From: a virus | Lineage: Duplodnaviria; Caudoviricetes | Length of the DNA: 36,824 bases | Virus record (IMG/VR): IMGVR_UViG_3300020045_006483 | Location: 1 to 36,824 of that record | Reading direction: 5' to 3' (one strand) | In this document: one piece after another, positions 34,893-36,824 of the stretch | How positions within the stretch are numbered: position 1 is the stretch's first letter | Layout: each line of letters starts with the position of its first letter | Position numbers and translations under genes: made by a program | Notes under the pieces: model-generated | Told to the model about the DNA's origin: nothing | Seen by the model: only the letters and a program-made list of their open reading frames with translations | The model's database searches: none

Positions 34893-34935
34893 CTATGGCT
34901 CAATCTATGATATTCTATGGCTCAGCTATGGCTCA
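34893..34935. repeat. Three direct repeats of CTATGGCTCA
   Basis: Exact copies at 34893, 34915 and 34926; degenerate CTATGATATT at 34905. Confidence 0.8.
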
Positions 34936-34946
34936 ATAGATTTCTC

Positions 34947-34975
34947 TTGACTTTCCGTTTTTGTGGTGGTATAAT
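34947..34975 (+). promoter_or_regulatory. Strong sigma-70 promoter 3
   Basis: TTGACT-17 nt-TATAAT with extended TGn. Confidence 0.85.
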
Positions 34976-35052
34976 TGTGGACAAGAAATGCCTATCGCTA
35001 AATTGGTTGCTATAATATTGTGACGATTGTATATTTGATACGGGTTGTTTTT

Positions 35053-35117
35053 GCCCCAGTGTCTTGGTTATGGCGGCTTATTTAGCGATAGGCGCAGACC
35101 GACACTGGGGCTTTTTT
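35053..35117 (+). terminator. Large-loop terminator / attenuator
   Basis: GCCCCAGTGTC (35053-35063) / GACACTGGGGC (35101-35111) plus T6; the loop contains 14 nt complementary to the transcript 5' end. Confidence 0.7.
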
Positions 35118-35553
35118 ATGGGTAACACACTTACATTGCGTCCACCGTGAGATTTCCAACATTGCGAATATGGCAAAGCTGTGATACGTGGGCACTCACA
35201 TTAAACACCACCGACATCGAGCACCGACAACCGTAATGGCTCCGAGGGTAACAGATTTGCGTTCGACATCCATTGGTTGTCATTGCCGCACAAGGGACGG
35301 ACGGCATACGGCGACACCTAAACGGGTTGGCAGTAAATGGTGGTACGAGTTTCAAATGGGTTTGACCGACAAGCAGGGGCTTGTCAAATGGGCTTTCGCG
35401 TACCAGGGGGGGGGGACGGCTCCGGCTCGACCTTCCGGGTTGGCTTCAGAATCAAAAGCGCAAATCCAGATCAAAACCAAAAGATGGGAACACACGCCGA
35501 AACCCGAAAACGGGTAAATAGGCAGGGCGGCAACGACACAATAGGGGGAAGCG

Positions 35554-35862
35554 ATGGCACGACCAAAGGATTACCGAGAGCAGGATGGGTGCTGGAACTG
35601 TCAGCATGTGCAGGAGACAGACCACTACGACGGGGCCAGTGATTTTTTCTGCATTGTGGATGGGATGTTACAGCCGACGTTGAATCTGGATCAAGTTGAG
35701 GACAAGCGGAAATTGCAAACGCTTAGTGGAAGACAAAGAGTGTATGATAGCCTGTTGAAAACCTGGCACAGATGGGCCGATCCGCGACAGGTCAAAGAGT
35801 ATGGTATCTGCGGACAGTGGAAGAAAAGAGAGGAAAGCAATGAACCACCCAACGGCGTATGA
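35554..35862 (+). CDS. Cys-rich hypothetical protein
   Basis: SD AGGGGGA; CWNCQH..FC...V...GICGQW pattern. Confidence 0.75.
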   Translation: MARPKDYREQDGCWNCQHVQETDHYDGASDFFCIVDGMLQPTLNLDQVEDKRKLQTLSGRQRVYDSLLKTWHRWADPRQVKEYGICGQWKKREESNEPPNGV

Positions 35863-36346
35863 ATTGTTGAACAGGTTTAATGAGATTGAGAGGGATAGAC
35901 AAATGGGTAAAAGCATTGGTGAAAAAATTTACGGTGTAGCGGCTGAAAACGATACGTTGACGATTGCCTACATGATGGGCGCAGAGAGTGCCAACGACAG
36001 GATACGGGCACTGAAGAAGCGCATTGCCGAACTGGAACAACAGATTGAGGTAATGGGAATTGAACAGGAACAAGTTTTGGTTGCTAATGAACGATCAGAT
36101 TTGCTTCGTGCATTTAGAGACGCATTTTCAGAATATTGGGACGCTCGACTTTTAGTTGCCAGTGAAGGGCCGTATGGCAAACATTTAATAAAAACAACAA
36201 CAATGCTGTGCGAAAAAGGTAGGGAGTTAGAAATAAAACTTGTGGCTTTGTTTGGAAAAGAAAAGGCCAAACGGATTGCTTTTGAGTTGAACATGCGACA
36301 TTTAACTGACAATGAAATTGAAATGATTTCAAATTTGGGAATATAG
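35840..36346 (+). CDS. Coiled-coil hypothetical protein
   Basis: SD GAGGA, start moved to 35840; LTIAYMMG and KKRIAELEQQ. Confidence 0.7.
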   Translation: MNHPTAYELLNRFNEIERDRQMGKSIGEKIYGVAAENDTLTIAYMMGAESANDRIRALKKRIAELEQQIEVMGIEQEQVLVANERSDLLRAFRDAFSEYWDARLLVASEGPYGKHLIKTTTMLCEKGRELEIKLVALFGKEKAKRIAFELNMRHLTDNEIEMISNLGI

Positions 36347-36349
36347 GCC

Positions 36350-36652
36350 ATGAGTGTATCTTGTTTCCATGATGGGGAATTTTTCGTTGAGGCCAATGTA
36401 AACAGGTTGGTAGATTCAAGAACCAATGTGCCCGATTTTTTGTTGGATGTTACGGTAAGATGTGGGATTTGTGGAAGGTCTTTTATTTTCAATGGTCTTT
36501 CCAACGGTATTCATTTTAAAGGTGCGGCAGTGTCACCAGATGGGAAAGAGGCCAGGTTGTCTATTGAGCCGAGGCCATACGGAAAAGGTTATGATCCTGA
36601 AGAGTGGGAAGAAATGGACTGGATCAAAGAAAAGAAAGGAATAGGGAAATAA
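36350..36652 (+). CDS. Phage hypothetical protein (Zn-binding)
   Basis: C.H..F...V.RL, CGICG..F.F.GL and VSPDG.EARL pattern. Confidence 0.75.
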   Translation: MSVSCFHDGEFFVEANVNRLVDSRTNVPDFLLDVTVRCGICGRSFIFNGLSNGIHFKGAAVSPDGKEARLSIEPRPYGKGYDPEEWEEMDWIKEKKGIGK

Positions 36653-36798
36653 TGGCAGGGGTTCCCGATTTGAATGTTAAGGCACTATTGGTTGGCTGTG
36701 CCATTATTGGTGGCGTTGTGGCAATAATCTTGTGGGAACTGGCATGGTATCTTTTTGGATATTTGTTCAGGAACATTTCAATCGTATGGGGGCAATGA
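36652..36798 (+). CDS. Small membrane protein
   Basis: TAATG coupling; single long hydrophobic helix. Confidence 0.65.
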   Translation: MAGVPDLNVKALLVGCAIIGGVVAIILWELAWYLFGYLFRNISIVWGQ

Positions 36799-36824
36799 TG
36801 GAAACGAAGCCAGCACTTAAAACA

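Noticed and set aside
35131-35642. ORFs 35188-35517, 35337-35642 and 35131-35355
   Set aside because: No SD, atypical composition, mutual overlap and coincidence with strong RNA helices.
1-36824. Complete circular genome lacking replication genes
   Set aside because: No terminal repeat is visible, and ORFs are cut at both ends (probable initiator at 1-101, ORF from 36795), so missing functions probably lie outside the window.

Overview
This window is a large partial genome of a tailed dsDNA phage with podovirus-like architecture; it is truncated at both ends and I see no integrase, rRNA, CRISPR array or canonical tRNA. From left to right it has: (i) a leftward operon (to ~2.5 kb) with a DpdA/TGT-like gene and, cut off at the edge, a probable HTH replication initiator; (ii) a divergent non-coding control region (2.53-3.3 kb); (iii) small rightward genes including a SAM methyltransferase; (iv) terminase, portal, FmdB-like Zn ribbon, scaffold, major capsid and decoration genes; (v) four glycosyltransferase genes and a sigma-70-family factor inserted in the head operon; (vi) adaptor, nozzle, fibre and three large ejection-type proteins; (vii) a tail fibre with a signal peptide and S74 chaperone; (viii) a lysis cassette (holins, MscS-like protein, peptidase M15); and (ix) a second non-coding control region (34.45-35.55 kb) followed by small genes. 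The most unusual signal is a dense RNA-level regulatory layer. Nine exact copies of an extended ribosome-binding motif, ACCGGGAGA, sit in front of gene starts, and a 16-bp hairpin displays a loop antisense to it. Two tRNA-mimic leaders with abnormal anticodon arms head the two divergent operons. Two promoter-to-terminator sRNAs carry Met-X-stop minigenes, one sRNA carries an anti-SD/anti-AUG tract, and two leaders have a 5' end that pairs with their own terminator loop. A predicted ejection protein also carries three dockerin-type Ca-binding repeats. All functional calls come from motif recognition by eye; no searches or folding programs were run.
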